Assembly (NCBI GenBank): GCA_036386655.1
Contig: DASVVG010000187.1
Span: 1-53,403, forward strand
Direction of reading: 5' to 3'
Source of the DNA: Caulobacteraceae bacterium
Lineage (GTDB): Bacteria; Pseudomonadota; Alphaproteobacteria; Caulobacterales; Caulobacteraceae
DNA length: 53,403 bases
Shown: positions 34,794 to 42,525 of the stretch, one piece after another
Layout: each line of letters begins with the position of its first letter
Numbering within the stretch: the stretch's first letter is position 1
The notes under the pieces: generated by a model
Seen by the model: only the letters and a program-made list of their open reading frames with translations
Database searches by the model: none
Told to the model about the DNA's origin: nothing
Program-made: the position numbers and the translations under genes

Positions 34794-35809
34794 GCCTCCA
34801 AGGCCTCACGCACCAGTGCGGCCGTCTCCCGGCACGCCGCGTCAGCCGCCGGGATCGCGCCGGTCATCACATGGAAGTCGTTGGCGAGAGCGTCGTGGCG
34901 CCGGTAGCGCACCGGCACGCGCGCCCCGCGCAGCCGCCGCGCGTACGCCTCGCCCTGGTCCGCCAGCGGGTCGAACCCGCCCGTCACCAGCACCACGGGG
35001 GGAAGGCCGCCGAGGTCCCTCGCCCGCAGCGGCGAGACGCGCGGGGCCGCCGGGTCGGTGTCCGCGCCCAGCACCTGTCCGGCGCGCCACGCGATGTCCG
35101 CCGCCGTTACCGGCCAGGAGTCGGCGAACAGGCCGATCGACGCCTGGTCCCCGGCCAGGTCCAGCCACGGCGAGACCAGCACCTGCAGCACGGGCCGCGG
35201 CTGGCCGCCCACCGCGCAGACCGCGGCCGCGAGTGAAGCCCCCAGCCCTGCGCCGCCGACGGCCACGCCGCCGAGGCCCCGCGTCGCCGCGTCGCGCCGC
35301 CCCCATTCCAGCGCCGCCAGCGCGTCGTCCAGAGGCGCGGGGAAGCGGTGCTCCGGCGCCAGCCTCGGCTGCACCGCCGCGACCTCGCACCCGCCGATCG
35401 CCGCCAGCATCGAGCACAGCGGCTCGTCGCGGATCAGCCCGGGGACCACGCCGCCGCCGGATGGAAACCACAGCAGCAGCGCCCGGGCCGGGGCGCCCGT
35501 GCGATAAAGCCGCCCCTGCAGGTCGCCCCCGCCGCCGGGGACGTTGATCGGCTCCACCGCCACGCCGGGCTCCACGCGCCCCAGCAGGTCGCGGTCGGTC
35601 GCGGCCTGCTGCTCGCGGATCTCATCGGCGGACTGGGGCGTCGCTGCGTCGGCGCGGGCGGCATGGCGGCTGAGGAACTGCAGCCGGGGATCCAGGGTGC
35701 GTCCGGCCTTGTGCACAGCGGCCCCGCCGGACAGCGCGCGAAGCACCGGCGCCGGCAACGACAGCAGGCTCCGCACGGCGAGGCGGCGGTGGTCGGGGAG
35801 GGGCGTCAC
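34772..35809 (-). CDS. Alpha/beta-hydrolase fold-3 (HSL-family) homolog lacking the nucleophile Ser
   Basis: ..AAVQPRLAPEHRFPAPLDDALAAL.. aligns to the family core ..VDYRLAPEHPFPAA.. The HGGG box reads PSGGG, and the GDSAG box reads GAGLG. The start is uncertain: the GTG at 35809 is my choice, and the longer track ORF overlaps the next gene. Confidence 0.65.
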   Translation of the reverse strand: MTPLPDHRRLAVRSLLSLPAPVLRALSGGAAVHKAGRTLDPRLQFLSRHAARADAATPQSADEIREQQAATDRDLLGRVEPGVAVEPINVPGGGGDLQGRLYRTGAPARALLLWFPSGGGVVPGLIRDEPLCSMLAAIGGCEVAAVQPRLAPEHRFPAPLDDALAALEWGRRDAATRGLGGVAVGGAGLGASLAAAVCAVGGQPRPVLQVLVSPWLDLAGDQASIGLFADSWPVTAADIAWRAGQVLGADTDPAAPRVSPLRARDLGGLPPVVLVTGGFDPLADQGEAYARRLRGARVPVRYRRHDALANDFHVMTGAIPAADAACRETAALVREALEAQAAPTA

Positions 35810-35851
35810 CCCTCCAGTCGAGCCGAGAACGGCCCGAGCGGCAAGACGAGT

Positions 35852-35875
35852 CCGGACGCTCCGGAACGCGTCCGG
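35852..35875 (-). terminator. Hairpin after the six-Cys gene (8-bp stem)
   Basis: CCGGACGC-N8-GCGTCCGG, 41 nt past the stop at 35916. There is no U-tract. Confidence 0.3.
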
Positions 35876-35915
35876 CGCTCGTGGTAGGGAGCCCGGCCGC
35901 GGAGCCGGGGCGGCT

Positions 35916-36179
35916 CTAGCGGCGAGCCTTGCCCGGAGCGGCGGCCGTAGCCTTCGCCGCGGTCTGCATCGGGCGCGCCTGCGCCGTCGCGGTGCACTGC
36001 TGCTTGCAGCCGTGCCAGTTGCGCAGACACACGCTCGTAGCCGGGCCACGCTTCGTGCAGCTGCTGAACGTGGCGTCGCACTTCTTGCGGCAGCCGGCGT
36101 TCGGAGCCTGCGCCTGCACCGAGCCCGCCGTCATGGCCATGGCCAACAAGGCGGCGGCCACCATACGCTTGTAAGCCAT
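35916..36179 (-). CDS. Small secreted six-cysteine protein (87 aa)
   Basis: SD GGAGG lies 7 nt upstream. Signal peptide MAYKRMVAAALLAMAMTAGSVQA. The mature part has C-x3-C-x6-C-x9-C-x6-C-x3-C followed by an Ala/Lys-rich tail. Confidence 0.7.
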   Translation of the reverse strand: MAYKRMVAAALLAMAMTAGSVQAQAPNAGCRKKCDATFSSCTKRGPATSVCLRNWHGCKQQCTATAQARPMQTAAKATAAAPGKARR

Positions 36180-36307
36180 TACACGCCTCCATCAGGACAC
36201 TGACGGTCCCATGGAAGAAGACGCTACGCCGATCCGAAGATGACGTTAAGTATCGAAAGCGTGTCGGCGCCGCTCGGAGGCAGCTGCGACGATCCGCCGC
36301 GTCTGCC

Positions 36308-37144
36308 TTATTCCACCGGCCTCTGCCGCGGGTAGGCCGGCTTGATCCCGGCTTCGGCCAGAGCCCTGCGGGCGCCTACGAGGAGGTCCGTCTTCACCGC
36401 GCCATGGTCGGTGGCCGCCGCCCAGGCGCGCAGCGCCAGCTGGGCCTGTCCCGCGTGCACGCCGGTGATCTCGGCCAGCGGCTCGGGCGAGCGGCGCACG
36501 CGCGGGTGCGCGTCGGCCACGCCTCGAAGGACCGCGAGCGCGGCGGCGGGGTCGTCCTCCAGGTCGACGTCGATGGTCACGTCCACGCGCCGCTCGGGGT
36601 GTGCGGTGTAGTTGATGATCAGGTCGCCGAAGACCTTCCCGTTCGGGGCCACGATGCGGACGTTGTCCGGCGTGTCGATGTCGGTGGTGAACAGCCGGAG
36701 CGAGGCAACGACGCCCATCCGCCCGCCGATCTCCACCAGGTCGCCGACCTTGTAGGGCCGCAGCACCAGCAGCATCACCCCCGCCGCGACGTTGCCGAGC
36801 GCGCCCTGCAGCGCGAGCCCGACCGCGAGGGACGCCGCGCCCAAGATGGCGATGATCGACGTGGTCTCGACGCCCACGCGGGTCAGCACCGCGATGCCGC
36901 CCACGATCAGCACCGCGACCCGGGTCACCGAGGCGCCGAACGTCTGCAGCGTCCGGTCTTCGCGCGTCTTGCTGAACCGCTGGAGCGCGCGCCGGACCGC
37001 TCCCGCCGCCCAGCCGCTGAGCCACAGCGTCAGGATCAGGATGAGCCCGGCGATGGCGAGGTTCACCGCGAAGTCGCCGAGCGCGTCCGCCATCTTGCGC
37101 GCCACGGCGGCGTGTTCGGCGAGGTCAGGGCTGATCGGGGTCAC
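36308..37144 (-). CDS. Mechanosensitive ion channel (MscS family)
   Basis: 278 aa: three TMs and then the MscS core ..AILGAASLAVGLALQGALGNVAAGVMLLVLRPYKVGDLVEIGG.. Confidence 0.88.
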   Translation of the reverse strand: MTPISPDLAEHAAVARKMADALGDFAVNLAIAGLILILTLWLSGWAAGAVRRALQRFSKTREDRTLQTFGASVTRVAVLIVGGIAVLTRVGVETTSIIAILGAASLAVGLALQGALGNVAAGVMLLVLRPYKVGDLVEIGGRMGVVASLRLFTTDIDTPDNVRIVAPNGKVFGDLIINYTAHPERRVDVTIDVDLEDDPAAALAVLRGVADAHPRVRRSPEPLAEITGVHAGQAQLALRAWAAATDHGAVKTDLLVGARRALAEAGIKPAYPRQRPVE

Positions 37145-37332
37145 GCGCGCCCCGATACGGGCTCACGCGCGGGGAGGCAAACAGGCCGCTGCGCCGCGTG
37201 GTGCCAGGCGGCAGTGTTCGATCTCCGACGTTGCTGTTCATCTACGTGAATTCTTCGCGTCAGAAACGAATTGTTACTGCTGAGCTTCGCGTGTCGGGCG
37301 TACCGTCGAGCTTCCAACCAGTGGGGGTACAG

Positions 37333-38403
37333 ATGTTTCTGAGCTCAGTACGAGCTGCGGCGGCCATCGCCGCGGCGATGGCCTTCGTGTGCCTGGCGCC
37401 GGCCGCGGCGCGGGCGGATCTCCGGCCCGCGGGGCCGGAGGAACTCGACGGGATGACCGCTCCGGGCGACGTCGAACTGCCGCGCCACGTCTACGAGGCC
37501 GCGGGCGCTTATCGCGCCTACATGCGGCAGGCGTCGGGCATCTCGCCCGCCTTCGCCGACGGCGCTGCGGTGGCCGAGTCCCTGCGCACGGGCGCGTCCT
37601 ACGAGGTGGGCCAGCTCGCCCGCGGGGCGGTGGCCTACGCCGCTGTCGTGGCCCTGCAGAACGAGGACTTCGTCCGCAGCGTCCGGGCGGAGGCGCGCGG
37701 CTATTCCGGCCGCAAGGCGCTCGCGGCGGAAATCCTGGCCGACCCGATCGTGGCGGCGAGCTTCTACGGCGCGGATGCCGCGGCCGGCCAGATCGTGGCG
37801 TCCGTCTCCGACCAGGGGGCGCGGCTCCGCGCCGTCGGCGACGACGTCCGCCAGGCGGCCTACTCGGTCCAGTCCGAGAAGTGGTCGTTCGCCGAGGTCG
37901 AGGGTCGCGACCGGCGCCTGGCGGAGGCCAAGGCGCTGTCCAGCCGCCCTATGTTCGTCTCCGCCGGCGAGGTCGCGCGCCTGCGCGACGCCGCCGAGGG
38001 GCAGGGCGCCCTTCGCCTGCGTGCTCCCGAGGCGCCGATGTACTCGCCCGTCGTGCAGCGCGGCCTGGCGCTGGCCGCGCTCGCGGTGCTCGGCGAGGCG
38101 GACGAGGGCGCGGTCGACGAGGTCATGCTCGAACCCGAGTGCGCGCAATGCCTGAAGATGGCCAAGCTGAACCTGTTCCAGTGCCTGGCGGTGTCCAAGC
38201 CGGTCTACGAGGACGTGTTCTGCCTCGGCCAGCACGGGCTCAAGGACACCGGCGACTGCATCGCCGAGACCAGCAGCACGTCGTGGAAGCCGACGGCGGC
38301 TCGCCGCCGCTACTCGCTGGCCCCGCGCCCGGCTGCGGCCCCGGCCCCGCCACGGAGCTGGGAAGCCGCGTACGACGCATGGCGGGACTCCGGCCGCTGG
38401 TGA
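37333..38403 (+). CDS. Secreted hypothetical protein with Cys-rich C-terminal domain
   Basis: Internal ATG of the track ORF. Signal peptide ..AAMAFVCLAPAAARA. The C-terminus is ..EPECAQCLKMAKLNLFQCLAVSKPVYEDVFCLGQHGLKDTGDC.. I recognise no domain. Confidence 0.6.
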   Translation: MFLSSVRAAAAIAAAMAFVCLAPAAARADLRPAGPEELDGMTAPGDVELPRHVYEAAGAYRAYMRQASGISPAFADGAAVAESLRTGASYEVGQLARGAVAYAAVVALQNEDFVRSVRAEARGYSGRKALAAEILADPIVAASFYGADAAAGQIVASVSDQGARLRAVGDDVRQAAYSVQSEKWSFAEVEGRDRRLAEAKALSSRPMFVSAGEVARLRDAAEGQGALRLRAPEAPMYSPVVQRGLALAALAVLGEADEGAVDEVMLEPECAQCLKMAKLNLFQCLAVSKPVYEDVFCLGQHGLKDTGDCIAETSSTSWKPTAARRRYSLAPRPAAAPAPPRSWEAAYDAWRDSGRW

Positions 38404-38420
38404 CCTGAGGGCGGACCGCG

Positions 38421-38451
38421 CTCAGCCGCGGCCCGCCTCTTCTCCAGCAGG
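38421..38451 (-). repeat. Relic copy of the ligase gene 3' end (direct repeat, left copy)
   Basis: cTCAGCCGCGGCCCGC-ctc-TTCTCCAGCAGG matches 39451..39485 in exact blocks of 16 and 12 nt in the same order. It lies in the non-coding gap just past the lipoprotein A stop. Confidence 0.85.
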
Positions 38452-38460
38452 TCCCGCAAC

Positions 38461-39390
38461 TCACTGCGGCGGGAGAATGCCCCGGTTCAGCTCCACCACC
38501 TGAGGCCGGTCCGTGCCGCGCAGCCGCGCGGTCCAGACGCTGCCCATCTCCTGCGCCTCGGGATCGCGGTACTGGGTTTCGTAGCAGGTCCCGGGGCCGG
38601 CCAGCGCCTCCGTGCAGGGGATCACCTTGATCCAGTCCAGGTGATGGGGCGTGAGCGCGGCGAGGGCGCCGAGCGGATCGGTGCAGACCCTGCGCTCGCC
38701 CTCCCAACCGCCCTGGGCGGTGGTCTTGATGTCCTGGCAGGTGAACTCGAAGGCGGGGCTGCCGCCGGTCCGGGTGGCCGCCTGCGCCTGCTCCATGAGG
38801 TTCGGCACGCGCCAGGCCGCCTCGGTGCTCGGCGCGCTGAAGTAGCGGTCCATGGGCGGCGAGTCCCAGCACGCCGCGCGAGCGGCGTCTTCGCTCCGCG
38901 GGCGCAGCGTCGACGCTCCGATCCGGAACTCCCGCTCCGTCCCGGACAGGTACGGCTGCAGAGGTCGGTCGAACTGCTGCTGCGGCGGCAGGCGGTCCTC
39001 GTCGAACACGCGCAGCACATAGCCGTGCCGCACCACCTCGCAGAGACCCGGCCGGCGTGTCGGCCGCGGCTCCTCGAAGAGGACGACGCCGACGTAGTCG
39101 CCCATCCGGCCGCGGTTCTGCTTTGCGTCCCAGGCGGGCGTGGTGCGCTCCGGCGCCACCCAGGCGACGAGCTCGCGCGGCGTCATTCGCTCGATCTGGG
39201 AGTTCAGCCGCGGCTCGGGCGGGCTGGCGATCGGCTGGTAGCGGACGCCGCTGGCCGGGATCGCGTCCTCGTTGGGATCGGGAGTCGCCGCCACGCCCTC
39301 CGGGACGGGCACCGCCTCAATTGGCGACGGCAAGGGCGCGGCACAGGCTGCCGCGATCAGCGCTAGGGCGGCGCAGGCGAGCAGGCGCAT
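38461..39390 (-). CDS. Six-Cys lipoprotein A (hypothetical), paralog of 41205..42092
   Basis: Internal ATG with SD GGAGG 5 nt upstream. Lipobox LIAAAC. Six further Cys follow in the same order as in lipoprotein B. Confidence 0.7.
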   Translation of the reverse strand: MRLLACAALALIAAACAAPLPSPIEAVPVPEGVAATPDPNEDAIPASGVRYQPIASPPEPRLNSQIERMTPRELVAWVAPERTTPAWDAKQNRGRMGDYVGVVLFEEPRPTRRPGLCEVVRHGYVLRVFDEDRLPPQQQFDRPLQPYLSGTEREFRIGASTLRPRSEDAARAACWDSPPMDRYFSAPSTEAAWRVPNLMEQAQAATRTGGSPAFEFTCQDIKTTAQGGWEGERRVCTDPLGALAALTPHHLDWIKVIPCTEALAGPGTCYETQYRDPEAQEMGSVWTARLRGTDRPQVVELNRGILPPQ

Positions 39391-39450
39391 GGATCCTCCG
39401 TGTCTCGGCTGCCAGCAAACGTGCGAGCCGATGAACGGTGGCCGAACGGT

Positions 39451-39485
39451 CTCAGCCGCGGCCCGCTTCAATCTTCTCCAGCAGG
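39451..39485 (-). repeat. Ligase 3' coding end (direct repeat, right copy)
   Basis: cTCAGCCGCGGCCCGC-ttcaatc-TTCTCCAGCAGG encodes ..LLEKIEAGRG-stop of the ligase. Confidence 0.85.
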
Positions 39486-41110
39486 CTCCACATCGTCGCC
39501 ATCGTGTCGGCTTCCGCCGCCGGCTTGTCCCAGCGGATGCGGTTGATCCGGGGGAAGCGCATCGCCACCCCCGACTTGTGCCGCGTCGAACGCTGCAGCC
39601 CCTCGAACGCCACCTCGAACACCAGCCCGAAGTCCTTGCCCGCCCGCACCGCCCGCACCGGCCCGAACCGCTCCACCGTGTGGTCGCGCACGAACTTGTC
39701 GATCTGCAGCAGCTCGGCATCGGTGAAGCCGAAGTACGCCTTGCCCACCGGCGTCAGGTGGCCCTCGTCCCAGACGCCGAAGGTGTAGTCCGAGTAGAAG
39801 CTCGAGCGCTTGCCGTGCCCGCGCTGCGCGTACATCAGCACCGCGTCGACCAGGAACGGATCACGCTTCCACTTGAACCAGGGCCCCTTCGGCCGCCCGG
39901 CCTCATAGACGCTGTCCCACCGCTTCAGCATCAGCCCCTCGGCCGCCATCTCCGGCGGGTCGGCGCGGAGCTCCGCGAGCTCGTCCCACGTCGTGAACGG
40001 GATCATCGGAGACAGCTCGATCATCGGGCAGGCGCAGCGCTCGACGAACGCCTCCAGCCGCTCGCGCCGTTCGCGCAGCGTCAGCGCCCGCACGTCGTCC
40101 TCTCCGTCCGCCAGCAGGTCGTAGGCGCGGATGCCGGCGGGGAACGCCTTCATCAGCTTGGCGTCCACGGTCTTGCGGTTCAGTCGCTGCTGCAGGTCTG
40201 CGAACGGCGCGACCTTGCCGTCGCGCAGCACGAGCAGCTCGCCGTCTATGGCGCCCTCGTAGTTCAGCGTCTCCAGCACGTCGGGGAAGGTCTTGGAGAT
40301 GTCGTCGCCCGTGCGGCTGTAGAGCCTGCGCACCCCGGCTTCGTGCACCGCCTGCACGCGGATGCCGTCCCACTTCCACTCGGCGGCGTAGTCGGCGGGC
40401 CTCAGCTTGGCGAAGTCCACCGCCTCGTCGATCGCCTGCGCGAGCATCACCGGCCGAAACCGTCCCGCGAAGGTCGCCATCGGCTTCTCGCCGCGCCCCT
40501 CCAGCCAGGCGAACAGCTCGACGTAAGGCGGCTGCACCGCGTGCCACACCTCCTCCACGTCTGACGCCGTGATCGGCTCCGGCGCCTCCCCCTCATCGTG
40601 GGTGCGGTCGAGCGACAACTCCGCCGCCGCGCGCTTCGCCAGACGTGCCGTCAGCCCCACCCGCAGCTCCCGCGTCAGCAGCTTCAGCAGCGCCCACCGT
40701 CCGGTCGCGTCGAGGTGGTCCATCCACCCTTCCAGCAGCGCCGGCACCTCCGAGCGACCCGCGCTCCGCAGCGTGTCCACCACCTCCGACAGCGTCGGGG
40801 CGGGGTCGTTGCGGCCGTGCGTCGTCGGCGCCCCCGGCTGCGCCGGCCAAGCCAGCGCCACCGCCTCCGCCAAGTCGCCCACGTAGTCGTATGACCACCC
40901 GAACAGCACCGGGTCCATCCGCCGCTCGACCGCCGCCCGGATCATCGCCGGCTTGGCGGCGGAGAACGTCAGGTCGCCCGTCAGCGCCCCGAGCGCGTAC
41001 CCCCGGTCCGGGTCGGGCGTGGCCCGCAGGTAGTCCCGCACCAGCGTCAGCTTGGCGTTGCGTCCGCCCGTCAGGGAGAGCCGGTCGAGCAGGGCGGAGA
41101 AGGCGCGCAT
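39452..41110 (-). CDS. ATP-dependent DNA ligase (ligase-associated DNA damage response / cisplatin-response type)
   Basis: Adenylation motif ..AAEWKWDGIRVQ.., with ..EGLMLKR.. and an OB domain. I take the start at the ATG at 41110 (MRAFSALLDRL..), which is typical for this family. The track GTG at 41128 would add 6 codons. Confidence 0.9.
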   Translation of the reverse strand: MRAFSALLDRLSLTGGRNAKLTLVRDYLRATPDPDRGYALGALTGDLTFSAAKPAMIRAAVERRMDPVLFGWSYDYVGDLAEAVALAWPAQPGAPTTHGRNDPAPTLSEVVDTLRSAGRSEVPALLEGWMDHLDATGRWALLKLLTRELRVGLTARLAKRAAAELSLDRTHDEGEAPEPITASDVEEVWHAVQPPYVELFAWLEGRGEKPMATFAGRFRPVMLAQAIDEAVDFAKLRPADYAAEWKWDGIRVQAVHEAGVRRLYSRTGDDISKTFPDVLETLNYEGAIDGELLVLRDGKVAPFADLQQRLNRKTVDAKLMKAFPAGIRAYDLLADGEDDVRALTLRERRERLEAFVERCACPMIELSPMIPFTTWDELAELRADPPEMAAEGLMLKRWDSVYEAGRPKGPWFKWKRDPFLVDAVLMYAQRGHGKRSSFYSDYTFGVWDEGHLTPVGKAYFGFTDAELLQIDKFVRDHTVERFGPVRAVRAGKDFGLVFEVAFEGLQRSTRHKSGVAMRFPRINRIRWDKPAAEADTMATMWSLLEKIEAGRG

Positions 41111-41204
41111 CGCCGCCGATAACGCCACGCTTGGGCGACCCGTTCAAAACCGCAGCGGCTTTCGGGCGTTATGGCTCCGGGACGGAGCTCACGAGAGGAC
41201 CCTG

Positions 41205-42092
41205 ATGCGCGCCCTTATGCTCGCAGCCTGCGCCGCCCTGTCCGCCTGCGCCGCCGCAGCGGCCCCGCCGCCCGCGCCGACGCCGCTGATGATCCCGCCG
41301 CTGCCGGTGGACCCGCCGCCCGCCCGGATCGGCGGCTCCGTCGCTCCACCGTCGCCGCGGCAGCCCGACAGCCTCACCGGGGAGGCAGGCCGCGAGTTGG
41401 CCCGCGGCCTGCTCGCCACGCTGACGGGCATCGCCGACCGCGTGGTGGAGGTCCGCCGCTCGTGGAGCGGCCCGGGCTACTACCTCCACGGCTTCGAACT
41501 CTGGGAGCGCCCGACGGCGGCTACGCGCACGAACGTCTGCATGGTCAGGGTCCACCGTCTGCCGGTGACCGACCTCAGCGAGGCGGCCCGACACAATCCC
41601 GACGCTCCTCTGAACCCCGGCGCCCGCGCCGAGTCGGTGACCAGCGAGGTCCGCTTTCACGCGATCGGTCCCACGATGGCCCTTCGGTCCGCGGCGTCAG
41701 AAGGTTCCGCGAGCCCCCAGGCCCACGGCCCGGCCTGCGCCGGGCTCACGTCGGCCGACGTCTACTTCCGTGCCGGCGAGTCCGACGCCTACCAGGCCCT
41801 GCAGCAGTTCGAGTACCTCCAGTACTTCGCGCGCACGCCGAACCCGGCAGGCGCCGTCACCATCGAGTGCACCACCTTCGGTCAGCCCTGCCGTGATCCC
41901 CGCGCCGTCCTCGCGGGCCTCGACGTCCAGCGGATCAGCGCGATCCGCAGCGTTCCATGCGAAGGCGGCGCCGCCGGCTGCTGGGAGTTCACGATCCAGC
42001 CGCCCGATGAAGCGGCCTGGACGCTCACCATGCACAGCTACGGCCGCCGCGCGCGGGTGACGCTGACGCAAGTCATGCCCCCGGTCGTCTGA
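41205..42092 (+). CDS. Six-Cys lipoprotein B (hypothetical), paralog of 38461..39390
   Basis: Internal ATG with SD GAGAGGA. Lipobox ALSAC. Six further Cys follow. Divergent from the ligase. Confidence 0.7.
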   Translation: MRALMLAACAALSACAAAAAPPPAPTPLMIPPLPVDPPPARIGGSVAPPSPRQPDSLTGEAGRELARGLLATLTGIADRVVEVRRSWSGPGYYLHGFELWERPTAATRTNVCMVRVHRLPVTDLSEAARHNPDAPLNPGARAESVTSEVRFHAIGPTMALRSAASEGSASPQAHGPACAGLTSADVYFRAGESDAYQALQQFEYLQYFARTPNPAGAVTIECTTFGQPCRDPRAVLAGLDVQRISAIRSVPCEGGAAGCWEFTIQPPDEAAWTLTMHSYGRRARVTLTQVMPPVV

Positions 42093-42093
42093 C

Positions 42094-42525
42094 GTGAAGC
42101 TCGCCACCATCGGCTACGAAGCGTCGACCGTGCCCGACGTGGTCGGCCGCCTGAAAGCGGCGGGCGTGGAGGTCGTGGTCGACGTACGCGCCGTGGCCGC
42201 CTCGCGCCGGCCCGGCTTCTCCAAGACCATGCTGGCCGCGAACCTCGCAGAGGCGGGCATCGAGTACGTCCACCTGCGCCAGCTCGGCACGCCCTCGGAC
42301 GGCCGGACCGCGGCGCGCGCCGGTCGCGTCGCCGAGATGCACCGCATCTTCCACGCTCACATGGAGGAGCCCGGCCCGCAGCTCGAGCTCATCCGCGCCG
42401 CCGAGATCGTTTCCTCGCGCAAGGCGGCGCTGCTCTGCTACGAGGCGGACGCCGAAGGCTGCCACCGCACCATCGTCGCCGACATGCTGAAGGAGCGCCT
42501 GCCGCTGGAAGTCGAGGACCTTTGA
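42094..42525 (+). CDS. DUF488 domain protein
   Basis: 143 aa: MKLATIGYE..VVDVR..RRPGFSK..L...GI.YVHL..LG.P...R..., a typical DUF488 pattern. The GTG start is 1 nt after the lipoprotein B stop. Confidence 0.75.
   Translation: MKLATIGYEASTVPDVVGRLKAAGVEVVVDVRAVAASRRPGFSKTMLAANLAEAGIEYVHLRQLGTPSDGRTAARAGRVAEMHRIFHAHMEEPGPQLELIRAAEIVSSRKAALLCYEADAEGCHRTIVADMLKERLPLEVEDL

Noticed and set aside
41111-41204. SOS (LexA) boxes at the ligase promoter and at the exonuclease promoter (52826..52937)
   Set aside because: I searched by eye for GTTC-N7-GTTC or its complement. There is only a single GTTC (41142..41145) with no partner at the right spacing, and none near the exonuclease. The only near-match in the window is at the lhr/dinG junction.
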